DNA from: an uncultured Verrucomicrobiales bacterium
Lineage (GTDB): Bacteria; Verrucomicrobiota; Verrucomicrobiia; Verrucomicrobiales; DEV007
NCBI GenBank assembly: GCA_938091905.1
Contig: CALKOM010000092.1
Span: 1-26,166, forward strand
Direction: 5' to 3'
Length of the DNA stretch: 26,166 nucleotides
Each line of letters opens with the position of its first letter. Positions within the stretch are counted from its first letter, which is position 1. This document shows positions 10,001-17,301 of the stretch, piece after piece. Under the pieces are notes generated by a model that worked only from the letters and a program-made list of their open reading frames with translations, made no database searches and had not been told where the DNA came from. The position numbers were made by a program, and so were the translations under genes.

Positions 10001-11299
10001 GCGTTCCAGCACCTGTGCCATGGCTTCGTCATCACCGCGCGTTTTGTGCATGTCGAAGAGAAACTGCAAGGCAGGCATCGCGCGGTCACCACCAGCGATA
10101 CAAGTTTCTGCGTATTGAATAGCCAAGTCCTCTAATCCAAGGTCTAACGCAACCCCGGCTCCTCCCAACAAGGCGTCCCCACGAGCCAGTTCTTCAAAGC
10201 CATCCCAGACCTGGCGCCCTTTGTCGCGCTCACCACGCTCCAAGTAGAAGCGACTTAAACCCGCCCGCCAATCGAGACGTGCTGGCTCCAGTGCAATCGT
10301 CTCTTGATAGGAGGTAACAAGCAAGTCTTCACGGCCGGTCTCGCGGCAGATCTCAAGCAATTCACGCCGCATTTCGGTCGTGAACGTCCTTTCATCCGCC
10401 TGCTTAAACAGCTCAAGCGCTTCGTCTGCTTTGCCCAACTCACGCAAGAGATCAATCCAGAGGTAGCGTGCATCTTCTCCTAGTGTTTCTTCAGCAGCAA
10501 ACCGTTCGACCAGCTTATCGATCTTCTTATCCCTTCTGTAAGATTCTGCTAGTATGACGAGAGCATACCGTTTGTCCCGTTTCAGCTTTGCCAAGCCCAG
10601 CGCACGCCACGCCGCATCTTGAGCTTGAGGCATCTCTTTCGCCGCCATCGACCATTCCGCCATGCGAACTTCTTGTTTGAACCGGTCATTCGGCTGCTCC
10701 GCGTTTACTTCGTAAAGCTTGATCGCATCCTTAGGCTTCGCCGCCAACGCTAGCACAACGGCAGCGCGATTGCGAACACTCGCATCCTTGCCTTCCGCAA
10801 ACTTCTTCAGGTCGTCCAATTCACCTTCTACTTTCGCTCCCGTCGATTTGAGAATGGCCAACCGCAAACGCACTTGAGCATGAAAGCTTGCCGCATCCTC
10901 ACGCTCCAACACCTTCTGGTAAGCTTCCATCGCCTCTTTGGAATCTCCATTCGAATCTCTCAGCTGGGCAACTCGATAAAGCGCCGTGGGATGATCGGTG
11001 CTCTCTGCTAATTTCTCAAACGTCTTCAGAGCATCATCCATCTCGCCGTATCGCCACTGGAGTTTCGCCAACAACCAAAGGGCATTCAATGTTTGCATGG
11101 AACGAAGTTCCTTTAGCACGGGCTCTAATTCTTCCAACGAAAGCAGCGCACGTTGGTAAACGGGCCAATCATCTTCAGCCACCGGATCGGCCGCCGCCAT
11201 CCAGCGCTCGATTGTCTGAGTGATCTCCACAGGCAACGCCGCGTCGCTCAAGGGCAGCCACGTCCATAGGATCAGGAAAGCAGGAAGAAACAGTTTCAT
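4010..11299 (-). CDS. Giant (2429 aa) exported tetratricopeptide-repeat protein with a C-terminal galactose-binding-like (jelly-roll) domain
   Basis: Signal peptide MKLFLPAFLILWTWLPLSDA. Many TPR-like helix pairs (e.g. AYLLLGQSLQQTGKARQARGMFQ, VHLDIGQAFLDAGEVRNAETTFAKA). Pro/Ala/Lys/Val linker at ~6600-6740. C-terminal WTYQDNG...FDDSSWAKGPAPLGYG...TAYFRR...DDGAIVYVNGEEV...NVIAVSLHQ module. ATGA overlap with the upstream gene. Confidence 0.85.
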   Translation of the reverse strand: MKLFLPAFLILWTWLPLSDAALPVEITQTIERWMAAADPVAEDDWPVYQRALLSLEELEPVLKELRSMQTLNALWLLAKLQWRYGEMDDALKTFEKLAESTDHPTALYRVAQLRDSNGDSKEAMEAYQKVLEREDAASFHAQVRLRLAILKSTGAKVEGELDDLKKFAEGKDASVRNRAAVVLALAAKPKDAIKLYEVNAEQPNDRFKQEVRMAEWSMAAKEMPQAQDAAWRALGLAKLKRDKRYALVILAESYRRDKKIDKLVERFAAEETLGEDARYLWIDLLRELGKADEALELFKQADERTFTTEMRRELLEICRETGREDLLVTSYQETIALEPARLDWRAGLSRFYLERGERDKGRQVWDGFEELARGDALLGGAGVALDLGLEDLAIQYAETCIAGGDRAMPALQFLFDMHKTRGDDEAMAQVLERMEGVAEPDSADRVQLAESWEQVGRQDNAVDVLERLRTARGPERFSSDLEMRLAWLHSEVGNEEEAYGYWHSVWLRVESPGRRRYVEDRLMATASRLGKLADIAIELEEKLVDGTANKRDSALLVRLYAKVNDPVSATEIIQEFMKQSGESEIAMLEEKARIYVMCNDYYHYEQTLRQLMELDQEGKPELLTQLAMSCLERGKNDQAQAVLKEMRDLEKNPASSEFEAGVLKIAGMHTEATKAYWRGVAEHPGRIDAYLLLGQSLQQTGKARQARGMFQYLVENADKDDLFTIAIDGLLNARAPRPVMEWARRVILERLAGRDDKLYLYQLLADLSEEVRDQKMMMAAMAETLPIAGERRTSQLRELMELSKVGVGGRSTSGSAKDREGLLRFGRRLVGMGEAVPPQVHLDIGQAFLDAGEVRNAETTFAKAQDLSDYAGFQRKVARSLEQKLYAKTALRTYEKLLLGDHADVGLILKLGELKEQLGQDVEANLAFARALDQLIDLQPLFTAKKASTQPARYVYARNQDDYSKYFPRAMKGFMASASRGDALETFLQRQLTELQADVRRLSELEDVEKPVLGQVARVHKRVGLLRRIGLAYDQRSLVHRAYETLIGALPDDEGLLSSLASTLLTWGHKPMAQELVSTHGKHPSAEKARDLLAKRQTNTEAPSMFRLLMDSDPTDARRQLGKAVADYRGGSQDRRYNELMSAALYVGDAGLLEQLARKSILSTPKDRFYQMTYALRRVWRYLDERGRDSLAELVESKIDLEDDQYGSMVYYLNDLARLTGRTFSIPIEGLRDPLQKSLAQGGYSLNRISGYFSLLGKEDYVSLLKEAFRNAKKSDRLQVLFVLIKSHKTEMDPALQELFVELVKEAAADKATDPVAAWSLARGDYYAYGSEDGQQELGAQLLGELAETVEEDKRPDLESLRAHALLKADREAEALEVATKVFGISLQKDSPLTSKLLAAMQQVFLPKHLPAFLTVIDSLPSDSRTLEIEKKRITLIRSGGDQGQLLTAMREAAGRFPEEASFQQNLKRQLETMGLVYESLAVQQALVDKEPENTARRTQLATLWAKLEHPVNAAKAREAPKKVELKSLVVAPKAPEVKAPAAPVAGAKPKLVVPAKAVPVVAKPSVTVIDETKPEKLDPVSVQLVKKAVEDKKPEEARIAMRRLWRRFEQYVDDRPYYYYNTRDLNRFRWPDQEAPKQAVAKVTSLKGGLEAFLLQDPAKASPSPQRPQITTLFEKLVDDDVVRNEIEGWMRGLEAHELTGPVFQRQIKALAQYRVRKLGLDAALAKALDTLSGETVDPIERAIVSALLEIGSRESAEGSAPLRERLFAEEQYGNPNQAVVLARCYAISGETAKAERLYRWCATQTPFSQYDYGDGRLSTRSLVSDVEVNLEGDARLRAVEGVLDLSSPADDDRGKSIYDAFVLETWKRLVPPQEAISRTAAICDQAIEEPTDNQVPLLKPIALFLASAGYLDKASKALEMALTRTSRGRNVMRAVYTTSGQLVYTSSRSNPGDRRFGDADLHAFFPQSVEDWVDGKGWLRAGSKLMSRLANDGQLPTSDGARALALIAVRQHQLGSFEAAETSLKRLQALPLSLAEDRLWLSDTARRLGYEEAALDIERKLLEERLLKLDRVDDLIAGLAKVHGKEVALEVGEQALAYTMHPDFVSVMRGIANDETWEKHHAALLQAEEKPDRFGYVLTVGETTKLYRYQELKTERVIQDMVSDKAFVLYFDESTREAFAFESGERQFVWKEDKPLDAQGKEWDLRRGRLGEESLHPIRLGLTHTANWRTEFPDNEVYLVTLLENAETYILKKAAEGWTYQDNGQQPEVSWTTAEFDDSSWAKGPAPLGYGEPRCATTISFGGDAQNKYLTAYFRRVLTIEAASEIVKYYAGLERDDGAIVYVNGEEVHRSNMRPEDKDTVTTTAAGKGEKGTVDYFFLNPDLFRNGKNVIAVSLHQADLSSSDTFMDFELRAITKEDLGPTSDQKK

Positions 11300-13707
11300 C
11301 GTGGATCTCGCGCCGGGAGGCGCCGGTAGAGAATATCAATCAGGTAAAACAGCAAAGCCAATGCCAAGCACCACAGCCAAAGTTTGATCACCGCGAGAGA
11401 TTCGGTACCGCCACCCAAGGTGGGTGTCCATCCTGGCAGTTCGCTAAGGGTCATGGACTGGCCACCCGTCAATCCAGCGAGCGCTTCCATCTGAAGTGCC
11501 TTGTTGGGATCCTTCTGATTGGAAGCAGAAACGTCAGCTCGCGCCGGAGAAACGAGTCGTTGAGGATTGCCTGCCCAAGTAGGCCCCACGGATCCAAACA
11601 GGCGCACTTCCTCGCTGGGACTAACGGTTAGCTTGGCGGTGAAGACTCCCGGCGAGCGACGCCGCATAGGGATCCGATCTCTCCAATCATTCGCATAGTG
11701 AAGCTCTGGCATCACCGCGCTCTCACCCAATCGCGTGGCCCGCACAAAGACATGGTATCCCTGCCGATCTATCTCAAAATCAAATACTTGACCCTGCTCT
11801 TTTGCGGTCTTTGCCAGGATACGCGCTAACCAAGGACCATAACCTTCCCAAGCTTGCCAGGGAACGGTTCCTTGACCGGTTGGTTCTGTCGTTAGGGTGG
11901 TCACGCGCCCAAGGCCATAGCGCCAGGTGCTGAGAATGGGATGCTTCGTCGTGCTAGTTTCCAATAGAACTTCCGCTCCCTCTTTCGAGCGCGTTTCCAC
12001 ATAGCCGTGCAAGATAGGCACCGCGTTTTGATCCACATTCCCCCACCAGCCGCGGCCACCACGCGCACTCACGGTGTGTTCGCCTGGCCGATAGGAAGGG
12101 ATCTTCGAAGTCGACGGCTGTTTGAGTAGGATCTCTGGAATGCTGAAGCGATTGGAGGCGCTGTAGAAATGGCCTTTGCCCCAGTTCGCAATGTTGACGA
12201 GAAATTCACTGTGCGTATCGCCACCGACTAACACTGTAGAAACGTTCATACCCTTGCCAGCCATTTTACGGAGAAGCGGCTCGAAGGCTCCCGCCTCCAC
12301 GCCGCCATCCGTGAGAATCAACACGTGCTTGTAGCGCGTCTGCACATTCTGCATCGCATAGTAGGCTTCTTCAATGGCAGGCAGAATCACCGTGCCACCA
12401 CCGGCATCCAAGCGATTCAGCGCACGTTGAATGTCGATCGCATTGGCCGCCGACTGGATCGGAGCGGCCCATTGCTTGGTCCCATAGAATTCGACAATGC
12501 CAACCTTGTCGTGAGGCAAAAGTCGTCTCACGGCAAGCCGAGCCACTTCCTTAGCAAGCTGCACTCGTTCGCCGCCCATGGACCCAGAAGTATCTATGAT
12601 AATCGCAAGCGTTGTGCTAGGATCCCGTTTCTCTTCTTTCTGGACAAAATCATTGGGCAACAAATCTGCCAGTGTCGTCCTGTGATAACCACCAGGGCCA
12701 AAGGACGCATTGCCTCCCATCATCATCATGCCCATCCCCTGCTGCACGACCGCATGAGAAATGGCCTCCTGCCATTTATCGGAAATCAATCTAGCAGGAG
12801 CATCATCGAGAATCAGCAAATCGGTACCCTCTAGCACCTCAGTCGAGCTTGTCGTTGGGTCGATTCGTTGGATTCTAATGCTAGGACCCACAAGCTGGCC
12901 TAACTGCGAGGCACCCTCCTGCAAACGCCCCCCCACATACAATACTTCCCAGGGCGCTTGCACAGCCAAGGTGGTAGCAAACGTGTTGTTCTTTGGATCC
13001 AGATCTCTCGTTCCAGACACGCGCACCTCCACCGGCAAGAAATTCGTTACCCCCGGTTCAAACTCCAACGTCACCCGTTGGCTCCCCCTCAACTCGATCG
13101 CGTTCTGTTCCGCCAGCACCGCACCTGAGTTGGTGTCCACCAACTCGACACGAACATCGTCTCCATTTCCAGCGAGATCCACCATCACTCTACCCGTTTC
13201 GCCAACCTTCAAAGGTGACGGGGTAGTCACGGCGAAGGGATAGAGGTCATTGTCAGTAGATGCCCGCACAACCGTGTGGATCGGAATGCCGCGCTCCGCG
13301 AGTTGATGCACCGCGTTTCCCCAATCCTTGCGAGTGGACGAACCAACTGAGACCAAGGTCACCGAACCCCGATCCCCCTCAGGAATCGCCAAAGCTGCAC
13401 GGCCAAGCGCCCGCCCTAGGGACTCCTCTTCAGCCAGCGCGAGGGAAACCATTTCATCCTTCGACTTCGAGTGGCTTTCTAGCAAGGCAGCGACATCCTC
13501 AGATTCTCCATCATTGATAACCACATGCGTCCCGTGGGTCACTTTCGTTAAAATGGCAGGCTTAGCGAGAGCGACAATGAGCAGAATCAAGATAGCGGCA
13601 CGGATCCAAGGATGCCAGCTGCCTCGGCGTCGACCACGAAACAGCCACGGGGTGGCAGCCAAAGGCAACAGCGTGAGAAAGAGGGGCTGTAGTAGGATCA
13701 CGTTCAT
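11296..13707 (-). CDS. Membrane-anchored vWA-domain protein with Ig/CARDB-like and GATase1-like domains
   Basis: The start is moved to the ATG at 13707 (ATGA overlap with the upstream stop). N-terminal BatA-like TM pair (QPLFLTLLPL...IRAAILILLIVALAKP). DLDPKNN Ig-like end. GATase1-like GMMMMGGNASFGPGGY. Intact MIDAS IIDTSGSM...GGGT...ILTDG. C-terminal TM LWLWCLALALLFYLIDILYRR. Confidence 0.88.
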   Translation of the reverse strand: MNVILLQPLFLTLLPLAATPWLFRGRRRGSWHPWIRAAILILLIVALAKPAILTKVTHGTHVVINDGESEDVAALLESHSKSKDEMVSLALAEEESLGRALGRAALAIPEGDRGSVTLVSVGSSTRKDWGNAVHQLAERGIPIHTVVRASTDNDLYPFAVTTPSPLKVGETGRVMVDLAGNGDDVRVELVDTNSGAVLAEQNAIELRGSQRVTLEFEPGVTNFLPVEVRVSGTRDLDPKNNTFATTLAVQAPWEVLYVGGRLQEGASQLGQLVGPSIRIQRIDPTTSSTEVLEGTDLLILDDAPARLISDKWQEAISHAVVQQGMGMMMMGGNASFGPGGYHRTTLADLLPNDFVQKEEKRDPSTTLAIIIDTSGSMGGERVQLAKEVARLAVRRLLPHDKVGIVEFYGTKQWAAPIQSAANAIDIQRALNRLDAGGGTVILPAIEEAYYAMQNVQTRYKHVLILTDGGVEAGAFEPLLRKMAGKGMNVSTVLVGGDTHSEFLVNIANWGKGHFYSASNRFSIPEILLKQPSTSKIPSYRPGEHTVSARGGRGWWGNVDQNAVPILHGYVETRSKEGAEVLLETSTTKHPILSTWRYGLGRVTTLTTEPTGQGTVPWQAWEGYGPWLARILAKTAKEQGQVFDFEIDRQGYHVFVRATRLGESAVMPELHYANDWRDRIPMRRRSPGVFTAKLTVSPSEEVRLFGSVGPTWAGNPQRLVSPARADVSASNQKDPNKALQMEALAGLTGGQSMTLSELPGWTPTLGGGTESLAVIKLWLWCLALALLFYLIDILYRRLPARDPR

Positions 13708-15362
13708 GGCATCCATCCTTTCTGGAAAAAGACCCACTCTAAAAACAGCAACACCAGCACTAGCAGCAACAGCCAGGTGATCCAGGGCTGATCAGAATCA
13801 GACGACGTCGTCTTAAGAACGAAGTCGACTCCTTTCATTTTTGAAGGCCCACCCAATGGAGGCACGAGCGAAGCGATCACTTTCGAGCCACCTGCCGCGT
13901 CGTAATGTCCAACACGTGGTGGCGCAAAGCTTGCGCCAGCAATGGTTAGGCTCTCATTCGATTCTCCCACAGCGACATAGGGAGTAAGTTCTGGCTCATC
14001 GGCCAGCCAACGCACGGCTTTGGCGATGAACAGGGGAAAGGCAGACGATTGCATCAAGTTGTAGTTGGGAGAAAACAAATCACCCCAAACGCGAATGGCC
14101 TTGGTTTCCCCCTCTTCCGCGCCTAACCGAACCGTGGTATTCAATGACGTCGCCAGCGCGGTCGCGTCAATCTGATCGATCCCAATCTCTTGGAAAGCCA
14201 CCTCGACGGCCTGCTGCGCTCGCGTAGTGGGCCATCGATCACTCAACACAAAGGCTTCCTTCTGGCTTTCACGCGCCACGAGCAGCAAATGCGGCTCGCT
14301 AGCACTTTCTCCCAGAATGATGTCAGGATTCTCATCAACTAACGTGACCGCACGATCGACCTTCAAAATAGGAGTCAATAGTTCTCGCAACGGCTCTGCC
14401 ACACGCACACGAATGGATTCTCGAATAGGCAAGACTAACTGAGCCTGATTGTCTAAGTCCAAGTCATCGGCACCCGAGAACCGCACTGTCAACGTCTGCC
14501 CGTTGGCCGGAAGATCAGAAAGGACCCGCACTCTAGCATCAGGATCCCCTTCACTCACACCTTCCCACGGCACGCCGTCCAGATCTACAGATAACGGCGC
14601 CTTTTCCCATCCGATTCCTCGAGAATCCCAGTCCACTAAGACATCCACCCTATCATAAATTCCGCTAGCCGCAGGAGCGACTCCAATCGCTGCCACTCCA
14701 CCATTATTCAGCCCTCTGCGAATGTCTCGCTCCCCATCTCGCACATGGTTAACCGTCACCGTGTCTGGCATGGCTTCAAGGACTCCTTTGTCGACCGCCG
14801 CCTTGCCAAACAAATAGACGATGGTCTCGTCCTGACAAGACTCTAATTCTTTAAGCAAGAAAGCATCTACGGATGCAGGTGAGGCTTCGGGCTGTCGGTC
14901 TTTCAGACGCATTCCCAACAGGACACTCTCTTCCCCACGATCCAGAAGCAGGCCATGACGGCCACCGCACCAGTAGACCCGTCGTCGATCGCGCGGCAGT
15001 TGGCCAATCTGGCTCAACAACTCCGAAGCAGCTCGCTCATAAAGATCTCCTGAGGCCATGAGCGCTGAGCCATCAAGTAAGACCACGTAGTCCGTCTGGT
15101 CAGAGGCGGCTCGTTGAGGCTCTGCTAGCGCCAACCACAACAAGGCGGCAATGGCAAAGACGAGGAGATACGCCCACGGATGCCGGAAACGTTTCAGCAA
15201 GACCCGCGCGCGCGATTCTTCGATTGCCTCGCGCCAGAACATCGTCGTCACGACGTCTTCTCGCTGATAGCGCACTCGCAGCAACTGCAAGATCACCAAC
15301 AGGGCAGCAATCGCTGCGAGACCGATCAGAAACGGTGTTAGGCTAAGATTGGTCAACGACAT
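13704..15362 (-). CDS. BatA N-terminal domain / vWA-like membrane protein
   Basis: BatA-type N-terminus (TM, LLRVRYQREDVVTTMFWR, TM ending LALAEP). vWA first strand VVLLDGSALM with a degenerate MIDAS. DDLDLDN Ig-like motif. C-terminal TM WLLLLVLVLLFLEW. Confidence 0.82.
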   Translation of the reverse strand: MSLTNLSLTPFLIGLAAIAALLVILQLLRVRYQREDVVTTMFWREAIEESRARVLLKRFRHPWAYLLVFAIAALLWLALAEPQRAASDQTDYVVLLDGSALMASGDLYERAASELLSQIGQLPRDRRRVYWCGGRHGLLLDRGEESVLLGMRLKDRQPEASPASVDAFLLKELESCQDETIVYLFGKAAVDKGVLEAMPDTVTVNHVRDGERDIRRGLNNGGVAAIGVAPAASGIYDRVDVLVDWDSRGIGWEKAPLSVDLDGVPWEGVSEGDPDARVRVLSDLPANGQTLTVRFSGADDLDLDNQAQLVLPIRESIRVRVAEPLRELLTPILKVDRAVTLVDENPDIILGESASEPHLLLVARESQKEAFVLSDRWPTTRAQQAVEVAFQEIGIDQIDATALATSLNTTVRLGAEEGETKAIRVWGDLFSPNYNLMQSSAFPLFIAKAVRWLADEPELTPYVAVGESNESLTIAGASFAPPRVGHYDAAGGSKVIASLVPPLGGPSKMKGVDFVLKTTSSDSDQPWITWLLLLVLVLLFLEWVFFQKGWMP

Positions 15363-15364
15363 GC

Positions 15365-16255
15365 TTAGACAACGTAGCCCCCAGTTTCAAAAAGCGTAGC
15401 GAGTTGAGGCGCCACTTCCTGTTCAACATCTAGCTGCAAGAGCCCGGCTCCGCGTTTTGAGGCAAAGTCCGTGAGCCCGGTCTGAAAGCGGTCATACGCC
15501 TCCGTATAGCGGCTAAGCAGACGAACTGTCACGGAAACCTCTGCGGATTCACCGGACTCACAGTCGACCAGATGGTAGTCACCGTTCAATTCAGGGCGAC
15601 GATCGGAAGGCCGCACCAATTGGATGAGCAACAGGCGATGGCGCACGGTTTTCAAGGCAGCGGTCACGGCCTCGATTCCTTGGGGATCGAAGAAATCTGA
15701 GACAACCGCCAACAAGCCACGCCGTAGACTCATGCTATTGAGACGTTTGAGAGACATTGCAAAGTCCGTAGATCCACCAGGCTCCAACGAACTCAGCCGA
15801 GTCGCTAGGCGCATGACTTTGCCAGCGCCACCTTGGGGTGACCAGAGAGTCTGGACATCATTGCTAAACGGAAAGACGCCGACCGTATCGTGATGGTTCA
15901 GACTGATCGAGGCCAAGGCGAGCGTTGCTCGCAAGGATGGCACGATACGCGGTGGTTGCTCCTGATAGAGGCTCTTCGAGTGATCAGTTAGGATATAAAG
16001 CGGCAAATCCTCCAACTCCTCATAGAGGCGTAAGAAGACCTTGCCGAGCCGCTGATAGATGTTCCAATCGATCGAGCGGAAATCATCACCTGGCGAATAC
16101 GGGCGGAAGTCCTTAAAATCGACACCCCCACCGGCGTCCTGCGAACGATGCTCGGCAAAGCGTCCACCTCCAGGCACACGGCGAGCGACGATTCGCAGGC
16201 GCTTCAGCGATTCGAGGAAAGCGGCGTCAAATATGGAGGCGCGATCGAAAGCCAT
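15365..16255 (-). CDS. DUF58 family protein (MoxR-associated, vWA-like)
   Basis: GVDFKDFRPYSPGDDFRSIDWNIYQR...LRLYEE, DHSKS (DxSxS), VVSDF, LVDCESGE. Directly downstream of MoxR. Confidence 0.93.
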   Translation of the reverse strand: MAFDRASIFDAAFLESLKRLRIVARRVPGGGRFAEHRSQDAGGGVDFKDFRPYSPGDDFRSIDWNIYQRLGKVFLRLYEELEDLPLYILTDHSKSLYQEQPPRIVPSLRATLALASISLNHHDTVGVFPFSNDVQTLWSPQGGAGKVMRLATRLSSLEPGGSTDFAMSLKRLNSMSLRRGLLAVVSDFFDPQGIEAVTAALKTVRHRLLLIQLVRPSDRRPELNGDYHLVDCESGESAEVSVTVRLLSRYTEAYDRFQTGLTDFASKRGAGLLQLDVEQEVAPQLATLFETGGYVV

Positions 16256-16269
16256 GTATGAATACTCGG

Positions 16270-17277
16270 CTAAGCTTGAGCCACAGAACTGGATTTGGCG
16301 TTTGCCAGGATCTCATTCAATACCGCGTCTGTCGTGATACCTTCGGATTGCCCGTGGAAATTGATCATCACCCGATGTCGCAACGCCGCCACGGCAACCG
16401 CATGGACATCCTCGGTGCTTACGGCGAATCGTCCGCCCAAGAGGGCCTTCACTTTACCACCTAACAAGAGGCTCTGCGCGCCTCGCGGACTAGAACCCAT
16501 CATTACGAAATCATTCACCATGGCGGTGGCATACTCACTGCCTGGCTGCGTTGCCATGACCAAACGGACAGCCGCGGTCTGCACATGCTCAGGAACGGGC
16601 ACGCTACGCACGGTTTCCCGAAGCCTACCGACCTCGTCACCATTTGACACATGATTGATCGCCACTTCATCGGTCGACGTCGTGCGATTGAGGATCGCTT
16701 GATACTCGCTCTCTTTCGGATAGCCCACCACGAGTTTGAACAAAAAGCGGTCGAGCTGTGCCTCGGGCAGCGGGTAGGTACCTTCTTGCTCCACAGGGTT
16801 CTGCGTCGCCATGACACAATAGGGCTCTGCTAACTTAATGGTCCGATTGCCTACGGTGATCTGTTTCTCCTGCATCGCTTCCAGAAGCGCGGACTGCGTC
16901 TTGGGCGTTGCGCGGTTGATCTCATCGGCCAAGACCAGATTCGCAACCAATGGTCCCTCGCGAAACTGCACCTGCTGCCCACCACCGTCAGATTCAACTA
17001 GCACTGAAGTTCCTTGAATGTCTGCCGGCATCATATCGGGCGTGAACTGAATGCGTGAGAACTTCAGATCAACAGCTTCACCCAAAGAGCGAACCAGCAT
17101 CGTTTTACCAAGCCCAGGCACGCCTTCCAGTAACACGTGCCCTCCGGCTAACAAGGCGGTCAACACCCCCTCGATCACATCTTCTTGGCCCACCATCATG
17201 CGGCCGACCTCAGCTTTAATATTCTGATAGACTTCGTTGAAAGCCGCCGCCTGCTCCCTCGCTTCGTTACTAGACAT
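16270..17277 (-). CDS. moxR: MoxR family AAA+ ATPase (MoxR-proper type)
   Basis: GHVLLEGVPGLGKT (Walker A), RIQFTPDMMPADI, LADEINRATPKTQSALLEAMQE (Walker B region), ATQNPVEQEGTYPLPEAQLDRF, GSSPRG, LRHR. Confidence 0.96.
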   Translation of the reverse strand: MSSNEAREQAAAFNEVYQNIKAEVGRMMVGQEDVIEGVLTALLAGGHVLLEGVPGLGKTMLVRSLGEAVDLKFSRIQFTPDMMPADIQGTSVLVESDGGGQQVQFREGPLVANLVLADEINRATPKTQSALLEAMQEKQITVGNRTIKLAEPYCVMATQNPVEQEGTYPLPEAQLDRFLFKLVVGYPKESEYQAILNRTTSTDEVAINHVSNGDEVGRLRETVRSVPVPEHVQTAAVRLVMATQPGSEYATAMVNDFVMMGSSPRGAQSLLLGGKVKALLGGRFAVSTEDVHAVAVAALRHRVMINFHGQSEGITTDAVLNEILANAKSSSVAQA

Positions 17278-17301
17278 AAGAAATTCTAATTTTCAGGTAT
17301 T

